From positions 28,830,001-28,894,000 of the forward strand of contig CM074512.1 in NCBI GenBank assembly GCA_037379345.1: a DNA stretch of 64,000 bases, given 5' to 3'. Position 1 is the stretch's first letter. Each line of letters starts with the position of its first letter. The notes beneath the pieces were generated by a model. That model did not search any database. It was not told where the DNA came from and saw only the letters and a list, made by a program, of their open reading frames with translations. The DNA is from Perna viridis (taxonomy: Eukaryota). Positions 49,101-63,390 of the stretch are shown here, piece by piece. A program made the position numbers and the translations under genes.

Positions 49101-52100
49101 ATCAGTAAGGAGTGAAACTTACTAGAATATTTTCACTTCTAAATCTTATATTTTTAAAAACACAAGAAGTAAATAAAATTACAGTCGAACCTCGTTACGT
49201 CGAGGTTGAAGGGACCAGGTAAATATGTCCAAGTTATTCGAGGTTTGAGTCATCCAAGGTCAGGTATAACTCGGAAGTAGTGTGGTCATGATTGTTTCTG
49301 CATTTCCATCATTTATCAGAGGTTGGAGTCATCCTAGGACAAGTATAACTCAGAAATAAGTTTGGTCATGATTGTTTCTGCATTTCACTCATTTGTTGTG
49401 CTTGTACATGTATATGTACTTCACTTTACAGGGTTCTTCAAGATGTCTTGCATTTCATATCATAAGTTTTTTTTTGTTTGCTCAACCATACTAAGTAAAC
49501 TTTCGGGTTACCTTTCTACTTACAAGCATTGCTGCTTTATCTGATAGAAAGACACTGGTATCAGAATACAGTTGCTGAACACTTCTTATAAAATCTATCA
49601 CTTGACTCCTTAAAGTAGGCTGAAAAAATAATCTTAAAATGTACTACAAAATACCATATCTGCAGACAGATAGACATATAATTTTATAATGTACTGCAAA
49701 ATACCATATCTGCAGACAGATAGAAATATAATCTTAAAATGTACTACAAAATACCATATCTGCAGATAGATAGACATATAATCTTAAAATGTACTACAAA
49801 ATACCATGTCTGCAGATAGATAGACATATAATCTTAAAATGTACTACAAAATACCATATCTGCAGATAGATAGACATATAATCTTAAAATGTACTATACA
49901 ATACCATATCTGCAGATAGATAGACATATAAGCTTATATTTACCTACAAGTACCTAAAACTGATGAAAGAATATATGAACAAAGTTTCAGCATTGGTCCT
50001 AAACAAAGGTATTCAATAATGGTGTGTTTGCATATGCATGAAGATGACAAAGTACGTAAGTATAAAGTCATTTTTGGTATATGAAAAATTCTATTTGTTA
50101 ACACTATTTATAAAATGCTTTACAGGGAACAGCTTGATATGACTGCAGGAGTTGAACCAAGAACATTTGAGGCAATTTAAACTTAGTTTGGGTAGCGATA
50201 AATGTTTTACACATCATAACTGTTTTGAAAAGACTGATGGTACTCCAAGAGCTTTTAAATTTGCAATTAGACATTAGAAATAAGCAATTTATACAAAGTT
50301 TCAGAAAAAAGCTTTTTTGACAGCTAATTCCTATCTAGTTCAGGATCTCATTCCCTTTTACACAAGTTTTTGCCAGGAAACCAGGAAAAAAACTAAATCC
50401 CTTCACAGTCTTAATACTAAAAATCAATCCCAGCATGACCTTTGTGGTATGAAACCATTCTGGTACAATTTCATGGAGACTGCAATGATGTCATTCCACA
50501 AAGATGGAAATAGAATAGTATGTAGCCTTATAGTTCAGTCTATACTGAAATTCAATATATACTTGCTTTAGCTCTTTTCAGCTCCTAAAATTATGAAATG
50601 GTACGATAAATGTCCTGATACCCAAAATAGATGTTTGTGGCAAGAAACCTTGTGGTATCATTTTAAGCAGATCCATTATTATATTTTGTTTGTAGAGTGC
50701 ATGTTTTTGGTTCCTTTTAAGCTTCTTATATAGTTGAAAACAAAGTGTTTATAAACAATGACAGCACAATACCATTATATGACCACACATATTTTGTGGT
50801 CATTCAAAAGTGAAGGGAAAAAAATTTAATAAATATATCACAAATATCTAACTAAAGTTTCATAAAATGCATTCCACATTGAACATGCAGTCAAATAAAC
50901 AAAAATGCTTAAATGCAAACAATAATGTGATGCCACAACACTGCTGCTCCACTAAGAAATATCAAGTTTTAACCATTAAATGGAATCATGAAAGCTTCAT
51001 ATCATAATGAGTATACATGTATGTACAAAGCTTCCTCATAGTGTAACCCACTAATCAACAACAAAACCTAGATATACTCAACAAAGCTCACAAGAAGATT
51101 CTCTTCCTAAACTCAACATATAAATATTCAAGACTCTCAAATTACATATGCAAATACATCCATATATAATGTTAAACCTCAATTTTGAGTAAATCAATTT
51201 GTGCTTTACAAAATAAGTGGACAAATGGGTATGTCATTCCTATATACCCCATTAACTTTGTTTGAAGATGTTTAAAACTTAAACAAAACGTAAAAAGATG
51301 CATTGACTGACAATCTTTCAAGCCGTCACTGGTAATCAATCAGTCAAACCATAATTGACAATCAATGCTTCAAAACTATAATTGACAATCAATGCTTCCA
51401 AACCATTACTGACAATCAATTTGTCAAACCATAACTTACAACTGATACTTCATATCATTACTGACAATCAATACTTTCCAACTATCACTGATGATAAATG
51501 TGTCAAACCATCACATGACAATCAATGCTTTAAAACCATTACTGACAAATGTGTCAAAACTTACAATTGATGCTTCATATCTTTACTGGCAATCTATGCA
51601 TTCAAACCACCATTGATGATAAATGTGTCATTACTGACAATCAATGTACTGTACCATAACTGACAAATAATGTGTCAAACCATCACTGACAATCAATGTG
51701 TCAATATACAACTTCATTAAAAATCTTTTTGTCAATCTATCACTGGTAAGCAATGTGTTAAAGCCTTATTTAGTTGACAGGACTCAAAACTAATTGTAGC
51801 CATTACAGCACATACAATGATAATGTTTACGGGACAAAGTTGGTCTTCCCTTAAATGATTGATAACCAACTTGTTAGGTAATTGAATGGACAATTGAGAA
51901 AGAGATTTTAATTTAGGTTTTTTTAGCATTACATTGACATTTGAATCTCTGTCTGATAGAAAGTTTAAATCTCCTTTTCAATTATCTAATTAACTACCTA
52001 AGGAAGTTCATCTGTAACTGGATCAAAGTACGACTAACAAAATATCCTAAACATCATCATAAAAACTGATAAAATACTGAAGTAAACAAAACATGCTAGG

Positions 52101-52873
52101 TGAACATTCATAGTGTAGCATTCATATCACACAGTCTTTAATATTGGACAAATTACTCATTCATATATGTGTAACATATCTTTTTTACTGTAGTGAATAG
52201 AGGGGGGACCTTTTCAATTCACAACATTCCCAAACAACATATATTAACCTGATTTATTTCATTTTCATCTGTATCAAGCTATTTAAATAGAAATAAAATG
52301 ATTTCATTTCTGTTAACTATCTTATACTGAGCAAAACTGGGTACCCCAAGTTCCATTCACAAAATAAATTCCTATAAGGTATGTAAGTCTTGTCATGTGA
52401 CTCTATGGTTTCACGAGAATGGTCCCTATCTACTGTTCAAATGCATGGAATTTTGTCATTTACACAGTGTTAAGTTCATCATTAAATGCAAAACATATTT
52501 CTGTGAAAAAATGCCAATAAAATATGTAAAATATATGATATAAGTGTTAAGAAAAGCAATAAATAGAAGATTTTGGATTGTAAAGTAGCATTTCAAGATC
52601 CTGGAAGTATACCTTTAAATGAAAAATACTTTCTGCATTTCTGCAACAGAAAATGGAACTAGAACAAGACTTACAAACCCTACAACTGTTCTAGGAGTTG
52701 TATAAATTCACCAAAAATAACAATTAAGACATCTTTCTTCCAAAAATAAGGGATAAAAAAAAATATAATCACATTAAAAACTGTAATTAGATAAAAAAAA
52801 CAAACAAAAACCATAATTTATTAAAAAAAAACAAAACAAAACAAAACCAAAACAAAACAAAATAAAACAAAAA

Positions 52874-52905
<32 letters not shown>

Positions 52906-55900
52906 AAAAAAAAACTAAATGGTTTTTACGACTGAATGAGTCAAGTAAATAATTTTCACTTCAAGAACAACATCTGTTCATTCTTGGTTTAACACAGCAA
53001 CATTTAATCAAACAATGTAACACATAAAAACACTTAATTACTTACATCAGCTAGTCTTCCTGACGGATATAAATTGTCAAGAAATACTGAGGACTGAGAT
53101 GCTAAAGGATAAAGCTCTTCTTCTACAGCACTATATTTCCTAGAAGCGACCTTCACACTAAAAAAACATTGTGATTTCAGAACAATTTTTCTGAAGAATC
53201 ATATCAACTTTATATTCATTTTCTAACATACCTAAATACTAAACCATTCTTAGATTTGCCAATAAAAATACTATAATTATTTATGATTTCACCAAAAATA
53301 TAGGAATTCAGTGACCAAAGCCCTGCATCCCTACATGGTCAAAATACAAAAAGTCATCAAGCAGAAAGTTGATGTGGTTCCAGTCCGAAATCCAATCCAT
53401 GGATATAGTAAATGAATATAAAACTTTTATAAATAACAAATAAGTATTTGCAGAGAAAACTATGAAAAACGCAGATGTACATACAGACAATAGGATGGAT
53501 AGACTTGTGATTAATAAGTACCCTCCACTTTCATAATGATTTTGGCAATATGTATGTGTTCTACTTATTATGGTTTCATTTTGTGAGATTACATTTGTTT
53601 ATTTTGAGTGTAGTGGCAAACCATGAAACAAAAAAAACCCTTTGAACATGATCTCCACAGTAACTCTATAAAGACTGAATGTAGAGTCAGGTATAATGAC
53701 ACAGAATTTCAATCATCCCTGTATCTCATGAGTGGCATGTGGCAGCAGCCATTTCTATCCAAAAACTCCTTGTATCTACATGGAGGAATAGAATATCACA
53801 TTTGACACAAGGATTAAACAGGGAAGCTGTATTTTATACAAAACATACCACTTTATCATAGAGGAGGATGCCTCGACAAAACTCTGTAGAACTAAACATT
53901 CATCTTCTGACATAGATATGACTTGGGGACTAACTGGCCTTTCTACTTTCTGTTTCTCTGACCACTGCGTTAATGTTTTCTCGAAAGCCTAATGATAAAC
54001 AATTCATGTATGATAAAACATGTATCTGATAAGTAAATTATATGCAGCAGGCAGAAAGGTTTTATTTTTAAATATAAATACACGAAGATTAAATTCAATA
54101 GATAAATCATTATCCCGTTGAACTTATTTCAGGAGTGGTCCATTTTCTTTTGCAAAGTGTCTTGCATTTTCTTGCCATCAACATTAGCACAAGTAATGAT
54201 ATTATAAAGTAAATTTTGTCTACTTGTAGCTAAACCAAGTTCCAATTTTTTGTTTTTTTTGTTATTGAACCAACTTTTAACACATATAATAGTGACAACA
54301 AGGTTTATGAGTAATAAATACAATAAAAGGAAGGACATACGGGAAAGGAATAAGAACAAAATAGGAAACTGCATTGTCAGTAAATGAAAAATATTAAAGC
54401 AGTTAATAGGAGTTGTAGAATGATCTAACTAAAGTTTCAAATGTCATAACAAAACTCCTAAATTGACAATGCATGTGTAACCTATTACAATTTGTCCTTC
54501 GGTATTACAATGCATTTTGTTATTGAAAGAAAATGTGGAAATGTGACCTTTTTTAAGCTAACACCTGGTCTTATCTAGATATTTTAAATGACATGAAGTT
54601 TTTTATGCTCTTTTCTAACACCTGGTCTTTTCTAGATATTTTAAATGACGTAAACTTTTTTTGGGTAAATGACATTAGTAGCAAAACTAATGAGTAAAAT
54701 TTTGTTGTCTACAAGTATAAAAATTCAAGGCAAATAAAATGTAAAACCCAATTTCAGAGAAATGGCGGGTGAGACATTTGAATTCTATAACCCCGCCCCT
54801 TATTCACCGGGATAAAGCTGATGACCATAACTGCTGTTACGGTCATCTCAAGATGGCGGAGGGAAATTTGTGCAAGAATATTTTTCTTTCATACAGTTGT
54901 ATATTCAAGATATTGAACAAAATAAACTTGACAAATAGTTGGTAATTCTTCCTAGTTTGGTAAGCACATGTGTAAAATGTATGATTAATGAGAATTTACA
55001 AGGTAAAAATATTGATGTGATGACCGTAACATACAGGAACTAATATATATCATGATGAAAGTTTATCAAATACCCTATGTATAAGAAACTATTATCATTT
55101 AAAGATTCTGAAGTCTTGTGTTTTTGCAGACAATAGCTGTATGTACATTTTCATAGTTTGACAGTTCCTTTTGATCAATTAGCATTATTTTCTGTCTGAA
55201 AAGACTTATATACACATACGTGTATGGTTGTTTACTTAGAAACATTTTTGTACATCCTTCCAGTGAATGGTTACTTGTTGTCTGGTACTTTAATGTGGAT
55301 TGCAATTTAGGCGTAAAGAGTAGAGGTCACATTAAAAACGAAAAAAAGTTTTGAATATGTACATGCTGTGAGAAGAATCTCAGTTCTTTGACGTTTTAGT
55401 GGTGAAAAAGTGAAAAAAATAAAAAATAAAGAAAGCAAAATCGTAAATATATCATAAGGATATACATATAAAGAGTCTCTATATATGCATATACTTTCAA
55501 TTTTTCTTTATTTTTTCCTTTTTCTAACCACTAAAACATCAAAGTACTGTGGGATGATATCCATAATATATAAACATGTATATAGGCCAAAGAATAAACA
55601 AGGGAACCAAGGTACTAGCAGTAATCAAAAGAATGTAATCCAGGGACAAAGACCAGACATGGAAAACAGTCGTACACGACAAAGAACATAAAGTAACTTC
55701 ATAAATCATACATACAAAGTAACAAAAGCAAATGAGCAACTCAGACTCCACTAAAAACTGGGAGCACGGACCATGTGCACTGGCAGGGTAAGCATCCTCT
55801 GCTTTTCTAGAAACACCTGCTCATAAAAAGTCAAATACGGGGTAGACGAAAGAGGAAAAGAAAACTATGACACATTGAACAAATTAGTTTTCATGGTGCA

Positions 55901-58900
55901 GATGGATACACCATAATGATCCATGAGATGATGATGACGACAATAAAACTTCTGTAGTGATGACTTCAATCTTGTAGCAACATAACCCTGTTCCAGAAGC
56001 CTCATTAATCACGCATTTTCACATATGCTTCCAGCTTCAAATTAAAAGCTTGGAAGGATTACCAACTATTCATCATATATATATTTTTCCTCAATATTGT
56101 GAATGAACAACTTTTTGAATGAAAAAGATTTGTACCTGAATTTTCTTCCACCATCTTGAGATGACCGTGTCAACTGTTACGGTCATCATCTTTACCCAAA
56201 TGCTTACTGAAGAAAGAAAGAGGACGAAAATTCAATTAAACATGTAATTACTGACCCTATCTCTGGTTAACATTTGTGCCCTATTTTTATGTACAATTCT
56301 GATGTAACCAGGAGGCTGATTCCATGCTTCACCATCAACTTGTACAGGAACATTCTCATCTCCAATAATTGTGATTTTAACTGACCGACACTGGAAAAAA
56401 CATAAGTTGTAAGAAATAATATGTTAAACCAATAATATGATAATTGACATTTAAAAGCACAATTTTATTTCAAAGAGAAAGAAAAGTTAGTTTTGATCAC
56501 TAGAAATTCATACTAAACTAGAACTGTGGTGCAAATTTGTGATGTCAAATTAGTACAGTAGACTCCACTTAATCGCATATCGCTTTATTGCATATTTCGG
56601 TTATTAGCATCATTTTCTCCTGCACAAAACCATTTCCTATTATTCTATTAGGGAAAAAATCACTTATTTGCATAGGCCTTGCAGGTGCATTTCAGTTTAT
56701 TGCATAGAGAATTTTGCCTCATCCAGGTAAAGACAGGTTTTCCCAAATTCTATTTTAAGCCTTCGGGTCATAAATATGTCAATCATACTTATTGTTGTAA
56801 AAACTAGATTATCATCAATCAGGAGGTGTTAATAATGGATTAAAAACATAATGGATATAAAAGACAATTTAAATGATTTCTAATTACATTAAAATAAACA
56901 AGCACCTGGGTGAACGATGACTTCTGACGACATGCCAAACATCACCTTATGATGCAGCTTGGGGTATTTTTTGTCCCTATTTAAATTCTTTCGACTACAA
57001 ATGATTATCAATGTAAATTTAATTTTCTTTAATGAGCTGAACAGTTTTTAGTGAGCTTGGGTTACTAGGCATAAATATCAACCAAGAATTAAAAGTCATC
57101 ATTCATTCAGTACAATGTCTAATGATATTCAACTACCCTAAGGTGCCCCATACTATCCACACTTCATAGGAATATATCGAGGTCAATGACACATATAATA
57201 CCCAACTATCAGTGTACAATGGTGATTGAACAGAGGAATAAAAACACACAGACCATTTCAAAAGCCCAGAAACTGCTAACATTGATGAATATTACACTGA
57301 ATCCTGGCTGAAATATGAAATATGGGATTTTCTTTCATAGAAAGGTCAGGAAATTACTTGACTATTTATAGATGAGAAACACATGGTTTTACTTATAAAT
57401 ACACAAAACGTAAAGAAGGTCAATAAACAAGACAAACACAATATATATTATTATTTATTGATAAAAGAACAATACAATGAGAAGGTATACAACAATTAAA
57501 TACCAAATCAGAAATGTTGAACAGTGATATCCCTGGTCGTCTTACCTGAACTCACACTTCTGGTAAAATCGTAATTTCGGTTATAAGAATAGCCCGGTTA
57601 TTTGCACAATTTTTACTGGCAAATAGGCTATGCAATTAAGCGGAATCCACTGTATTACACATCTTACAACCACTTCTGATTAATCATTCAGTTAAAAACT
57701 GAGGTTCTATACTGTCTCATTTTTACTGTTTAACTTTTTCCTGCTAAAATCAGTAAAGCATAGCAAAGTGGGGGAGGTCAAATTAGAGATATTTTTTTGA
57801 AATATGAAATTGCAAACATGTTTATATTCAACACTATATCATATAAAAAGCAACTGAGATAAAAACCTGAGCTATTCTGTGATGTTGTATATCTAGCACT
57901 CTAGAAACTGCCATTTGAACACTTCCAAATACAGCTACCACTTCTAATATCTTGTCATCAAAACTTGGAGCTTGGAAAGTCTGAAAAATATGCATGAATA
58001 AATGAGCAGGATAATACTACCCTAAAAAAAAAGTCCATCACAATTACACCATATGAAAAAATTTTAAAATCCATTTTTTTTCTTGTAAAAGTGATTTTAC
58101 ACTTTATAACCAGTGTTATGAAGATAAACAAACTCATCATTTCTGGACTTTGAAACTGCAATCAACCTTTTTGTTCTCTATTAAATAATGCCATCTATTT
58201 TTTTGTAATTTAGTGTCAGTATATATTTATATTATTATGATGTTGATTCTTTCAATTTTGTCTTTTTGATACAACAGAAAGTATTCATCTTTAGTCCAGT
58301 TATTCAAATATCAGTGCAAGCCTAATCTGATAGCAATGGCACATGAATTCCTGGGGGACTGGATATTTATTATAATTCTGTGTCAAAACCAGACCCAAAG
58401 TGTAATACATGTATATCAACTACTGTGTAAGTAATAATGTTTTTGGGCTACCAATTTTCATGGTTTTCATGGATTTGCCAAACAATGAAATTTGGTTTTC
58501 AGTGAAAAGGAAATTTTGTTTAATGAAGTTATTCAAGAATCTACAAACTGACTTTCCCCAAAAAAAACCATGCAAATCGGTAGCAACAAATAAAATTACT
58601 TTCACAATATTAGATTTTCAATTCTAAGAAATTTAGATGTATGTAACAGGCAATTCAAATAGTTCCTGTGACATTCATTCCATATTCCTGCAAGATGCAA
58701 GTCATGCAAATGGTGATCAAGGACTAGTTACTGAAAATCTTGTACTTTATCCTATGTTTTTTTCTGATAACCTAACATTATGATGTACTCACATCGTTTT
58801 CTTTTGTGCCTCCCCAAAAATTAGCACCACCCATGTAGCTAAAAAATAATTCATCTCATTAACTATAGTTATAATTGCTTAAATTACTGGAATATGACCA

Positions 58901-61900
58901 TATCTCCAGACAGACAATTTACAACAATTTTAAAATCTACCATACTTAATAATTTATGTTCCTTTATATCATCCAACAGAAAAAAGCATGTATACAATGA
59001 CAATTAATGTAAATATGCTTATGATTATAATTATATTTCTTTGTGCATCATGGTCTTCTATATTCTACATATACCGGGTATATAATGTAATCTTTCTTTT
59101 ACTATTATATAACTATTGTTAATGTTATCAATAAACAACAGATACATTAACATCATACAGAAACAATATCTTGCAAATTAGGTGCAAAATAAATGCATTA
59201 ATTATTTAGAAATGAATAAATTTTGGAATTAGAAATCACAAACATGAGGCTTCAAGGAGACTAATATGATGAAACATTATATAACATTGACATTATGGAA
59301 ATGGTCATTAAATTTTTCTTCTCATACAATGTTCAAGATAGTAACTAACATTTGCAAAATCATCATATTAGACCTTTCAGGAGTTGTACAGGTATAAGTT
59401 GTCATAATATCAAAACAAAGTGATGTACTTGAAGCTGAAGAAAGTTGCCACATTTACTTTTCTCTAGCCATAACAGTTATGTTTGTGTCAGCACCCAAAG
59501 CGCAATGTTCAAAGAACCTACATAAATAATACCTGTGACCAATTTGATTATTTTACACTCAAAAGTTCAGAAATGAAAGGTTTTTTTTTAAGTAAAAGAC
59601 AACGGACCTTAAAAGATGGTAAAAGCTTAAAACAGAGGTATTTTTAGCAACATTAATAAAACTTACCTAGGTATATTAAGAATAACAATTCCCTGTAGAC
59701 TGGGAAGGGGAATTTTCTGTCCATCACATTCTAACTGTACTCGCTGATCTAAGTTTTTAAATGTTCTTTGTAAAATCTCTTTACCTCCTAAAACTCCATA
59801 CCACATTAAATTTTTAGTCCTACTCCTGAAAAGTAATATCACTCAATCTAAAATAAAAGCTTTAATATTCAAGTTCAAATGTCTTCCATTCCATGGTATA
59901 GGTTTTAAATTAAAATTCAAGAAACCAGAACGAATTTTAAAATCAAATTAAAAAAAAAAAAACTTGTATTATAATATTGCCCCTGTCTTCAAGAACTATG
60001 AGTTAAAAAGTTGTAAACAAAAATTATTTATTGTCCAAAGTCAGCTATTCCATAAACAAGTTTTTACTTTGTCTTTTTTTTTTGTTTCAGCAATCATTCT
60101 TTCAATCCATTTCAAAATTGGGATAGTTCCTCAATTTGTGTCATAATATTCCATGCAGAAAATAGTCACAATAGTTAAGTTTTCAAGTTACTGGACTTAC
60201 TTCAAAAAACAGTGAAAATAAAACTGTCACAAAATATCACAGTTTACAATTATCTATACTATGAAAGAGAAGTTAACTCTTTCTTATCATCAACACAACT
60301 TACCTGCATTTTTCTGGATGTTCATCTCGCTTATTTTGGAAATCTAAAGTAATTTTTGCATCTAAACCAATACCAAAGTAGTTATTCATAACACATTTCT
60401 CTGTATATTCACTTCTGAAAGACAATTTAAAGTGACATTTACTCTCACACCGCTCATTATCTTGCATGTTGTGCCAAATTCGTTGACTGGACCTAAAACA
60501 CTAAAAGTAAAAGTACAATTTTCTAAAAATTGGAAACTAGAAAATAACATTAATCAACAACATGTACAGTCGAACCTCACAAAGTTAAAGTAGAAGGGAC
60601 CAGGCAAAAATGTTAAAATTATCCAAGGTTCGAGTCATCCGAGGTCCAGTATAACCCAGAAATAATTTGGTCGATGATTGTGTCTGCATTTACATCATCT
60701 GTTGTGCTTGTACATGTTCTTCACTTTCGATGGTTTTTCATGATGACTTGTGTCTCATATCATAAGATATTTTTTATGTGTTGTTTATCATTTTTTGAAT
60801 ACTGAATGCCACCCAGTGTTTAAGGAAAATTTTCATTTTATTTTTTATTCATCAAAAATGTCATAAGTTCATAACATGCTGCTTTGCATGACTCTCAATC
60901 AGAAGATTCGTCAAACCATGTGCTCAACATTACCATGGTAAAATTTCAGATCCACTAGCTCAACGAATTTCGTCATTGAAAGACACTTAATTACTCTGGT
61001 CTGTTTGATGTTTAATTAAATATTCAGATACATGTACCATTACAATTCATCTGTATTTTTTTATTTTTATCAAAATATCTAATATCACAGTTAGCATGAA
61101 TTCCTACATGTCATAAATAAAGTTCGTTTCTTTTCACTACACATGCTATTTTGGATTAATAAAGCCAATAAGAGTGTCAACAAATAATATAAAAAGCCAC
61201 GCTAATCATTGTAAAAACACTTGATCATGGTTTTTAAAAACAATCAGTAATCCAATTAATAAGTTTACTTTGAGACATCAGGGTTAATTAATCACAGAGT
61301 TCTATCGAAGGGACTGATTGAGAACCTCAAATTATCCGAGATTTTGATTCATCTGAGTTCGAGTTATCCAAGGAAAAATTGTATTGGAGTAAGAGGAGTT
61401 TTGCTGGGACTTTGAAATTAGTTCTTGTTATCTGAGATTTCGACTCTTCTGAGTTTGACACAATAGTTCAACTGTATCACTAAAAAAGTTACAGTATACT
61501 GTTTGATCCTAAGCAAGGTTTGTCACACAATTTGCACTTTACATGCCTAATTTTTTTTTGAAAAAACATTTTTTTTTAGTAAAATTTAGTTTGTATGACT
61601 TCAAAATACAGTCCTACCTCGATAGCTCAAGATATTGAAGTTCGAAGATTTCTGGATTTATTTTGTTGCCAGTCAAAGTTTGACTTGATAGAAATTGCTT
61701 ACTACCAACCGAAGTTTCATTACAAAAAAATGTATTTTTCTTTCTATTTCAGAAAGTTATGTTGATTTGTAGACCTTAGAAATACTATGCTTGCTCTAAA
61801 ATAAACTTTCAGAATTCGAGTTTGTCGGTCAGTAATTTGTTTAAATTTTACTTATCATGCTGACAAAGAACTTCGGAGCATTCCCAAACTTCAATTAGTA

Positions 61901-63390
61901 CATTTTGTTAGATGAAAACTATGTAATTAGTGATGACATAAATATTACCTGTGATTACCTAAAGTGACACTTAAATTAATGATAGGTCTTCAGTTTCACA
62001 CCTTGACAAAATGGCATACAAGTTTGTGTTAGTAAGGGATATTCTCTAAGATTTATTATCATGCAGATGGATTAGTCAGTTAGAGTGTTTGAGAAATCAT
62101 AGTTCAAGAAATCCAAGGTTATTTACATTGATTATGTCAGAGAAGTTTTTGTTACTGAGAATTGTGTTCGAGCCATTCAAGTTCGAGCGAGTGAAGTTCG
62201 ACTATAAATAAATACATTTGATAAGCAGTTCTCTTTCTAAATAAGTTTTTTTTTTTTTAAATGACTACTTACGCAGGTATTTCTTCTTCCATGAGAGGTG
62301 AAGCTGCCGCACACAGTGCATCAGCATTGGCTAATAAAACTTTACTTATAAAACTTCCACCTACCAATTTAGCTGCTATATTACTACTTAAACCTGTAAA
62401 AAAAACAATTAGTAATGTTAGCACATTCAGATATTCCGTTCTTGAAAAGCCTTAACTCTACACTGAAATAAAATAAAAAGAGGATTATTGATTCTCATTC
62501 TCTTATCTACAAAGTCACACAAAATATTCAATGGATAAACTTTAACATGATCTTTACAATACCACAATAATCACTTTATCAGCTGAAGTAGAAAAATTTT
62601 GATGAGTCTTCCTTCAATTCTATAAGCTGTTTCATTATCTGTTTTCTTTGCTTCCCATTAATCCATTACAGTATATATTATCAATATTACCTTTTAACTA
62701 TGGGTAATTGTGAAATTATTTTAATTTAAATGTGAACGAAAAACATCTACTTACTTGGTAAAGCATTATAATCCACAATAGGTAATCCTAATAAAGACAT
62801 AGGAATGTTATCTTTGGATGCACTTTTATTGGATAAATTTGATCCTATACTAGACAATGTACTCATACTGCTTATTCTTCTTGAAGATATAGGTAGTAAC
62901 TTTGGGGATGTGTCTAAAAACCAAAAAACTTTCATCGAGTGCCAAAATAGAGAACAATTCAGAAACAAGAACAAAACTATCACCTGACCAATAATAATGG
63001 GGATATAAAAGCAAGATAATTTAAATTAAGACCTATAGTATTCTTTAATCTCTTTGAACACATTTCAGACCATCAAAAGGGTAAAGAGCACAGTTAAAAA
63101 AATCAATTAAAATGTTCGTTTAATATAGTATGATACTAATAGAAAGGAAAGCAGATTTACCTGCCAAACATCAAAGCTATATTACTACATACCTATTTTC
63201 CTTGAAGAAGTTTGAGATCTATAGGATTCCTCAGCTGTAAAAACTGAAAATGAAGGAGCAGATCTAGAGGTATGATTATCAGCTAACAGGGAACCACCTG
63301 TATGGTTATTGTCTAATTTCTCATTACTACCCATTGATCTGGATTCATTCTCTAAAAACTGTTGTGTCTGAGCATTCTGTTCGTCAACAG
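46127..63390 (-). CDS. DGKH: Type II diacylglycerol kinase (delta/eta class), 3' portion; the 5' end lies beyond the window
   Basis: Exons in transcript order: 63193-63390, 62755-62913, 62273-62393, 60304-60414, 59667-59825, 58793-58838, 57867-57980, 56256-56390, 53849-53988, 53046-53157, 49524-49619, 48708-48839, 47635-47752, 47011-47150, 46127-46222. All phases are compatible. Accessory-domain motifs [76 protein letters not shown] domain [10 protein letters not shown]...[13 protein letters not shown]. The gene is probably co-orthologous to DGKD/DGKH. The acceptor of the first visible exon could instead be 63418. Confidence 0.95.
47891..47990 (+). mobile_element. Degenerate tRNA-derived SINE head
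   Basis: gcctggaTGGACGAGTGGtcagaggcactggactt has a Pol III A-box. The B-box is eroded (gattaagtcc) and no cloverleaf forms. Confidence 0.45.
48200..48560. repeat. Degenerate ~21-bp minisatellite
   Basis: Repeated gtgtgaaggtgtgtctaacctga-like units. Confidence 0.7.
49182..49470 (+). mobile_element. 5' fragment of the Tc1/mariner MITE family found at 60567
   Basis: TA-cagtcgaacctc...gaagggaccagg...gagtcatcc.aggtc...tgattgt.tctgcattt matches 60567-60770. Confidence 0.75.
49628..49931. repeat. 50-bp tandem array, 6 near-identical copies
   Basis: Unit ataatcttaaaatgtactacaaaataccatatctgcaga(c/t)agatagacat at 49628, 49678, 49728, 49778, 49828, 49878. Confidence 0.95.
51303..51705. repeat. Degenerate ~24-bp minisatellite
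   Basis: Repeated actgacaatcaatg(c/t)..caaaccat units. Confidence 0.8.
52794..52915. repeat. (CAAAA)n / A-rich microsatellite
   Basis: Directly visible. Confidence 0.9.
54809..56197. mobile_element. Non-autonomous DNA transposon with ~59-bp imperfect TIRs, hosting a nested PLE fragment
   Basis: gggataaagctgatgaccataactgctgttacggtcatctcaagatggcggagggaaatt matches the reverse complement of 56139-56197. No clear TSD. Confidence 0.75.
55599..56002 (-). mobile_element. 5'-truncated Penelope-like copy retaining the ORF C-terminus
   Basis: Matches 642-951. Encodes ...[45 protein letters not shown]. Confidence 0.85.
56556..57652. mobile_element. Tc1/mariner-type MITE
   Basis: TIRs cagtagactccacttaatcgcata / tatgcaattaagcggaatccactg with TA flanks and ttattgcat subrepeats. 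Confidence 0.85.
60567..61474. mobile_element. Tc1/mariner (Tigger-like) MITE
   Basis: TA-cagtcgaac ... gttcaactg-TA with ttatccgag/ttcgag subterminal repeats. Confidence 0.75.
61609..62204. mobile_element. Degenerate Tc1/mariner-type MITE
   Basis: TA-cagtcctacctcgatagctc ... gttcgagcgagtgaagttcgacta-TA with ttcga subrepeats. Confidence 0.55.

Noticed and set aside
49628-49931. CRISPR-like array
   Set aside because: Head-to-tail near-identical units with no unique spacers, inside a eukaryotic intron.
62394-62462. Alternative upstream acceptor extending a DGK exon by 69 nt
   Set aside because: Introduces an immediate in-frame TAG.
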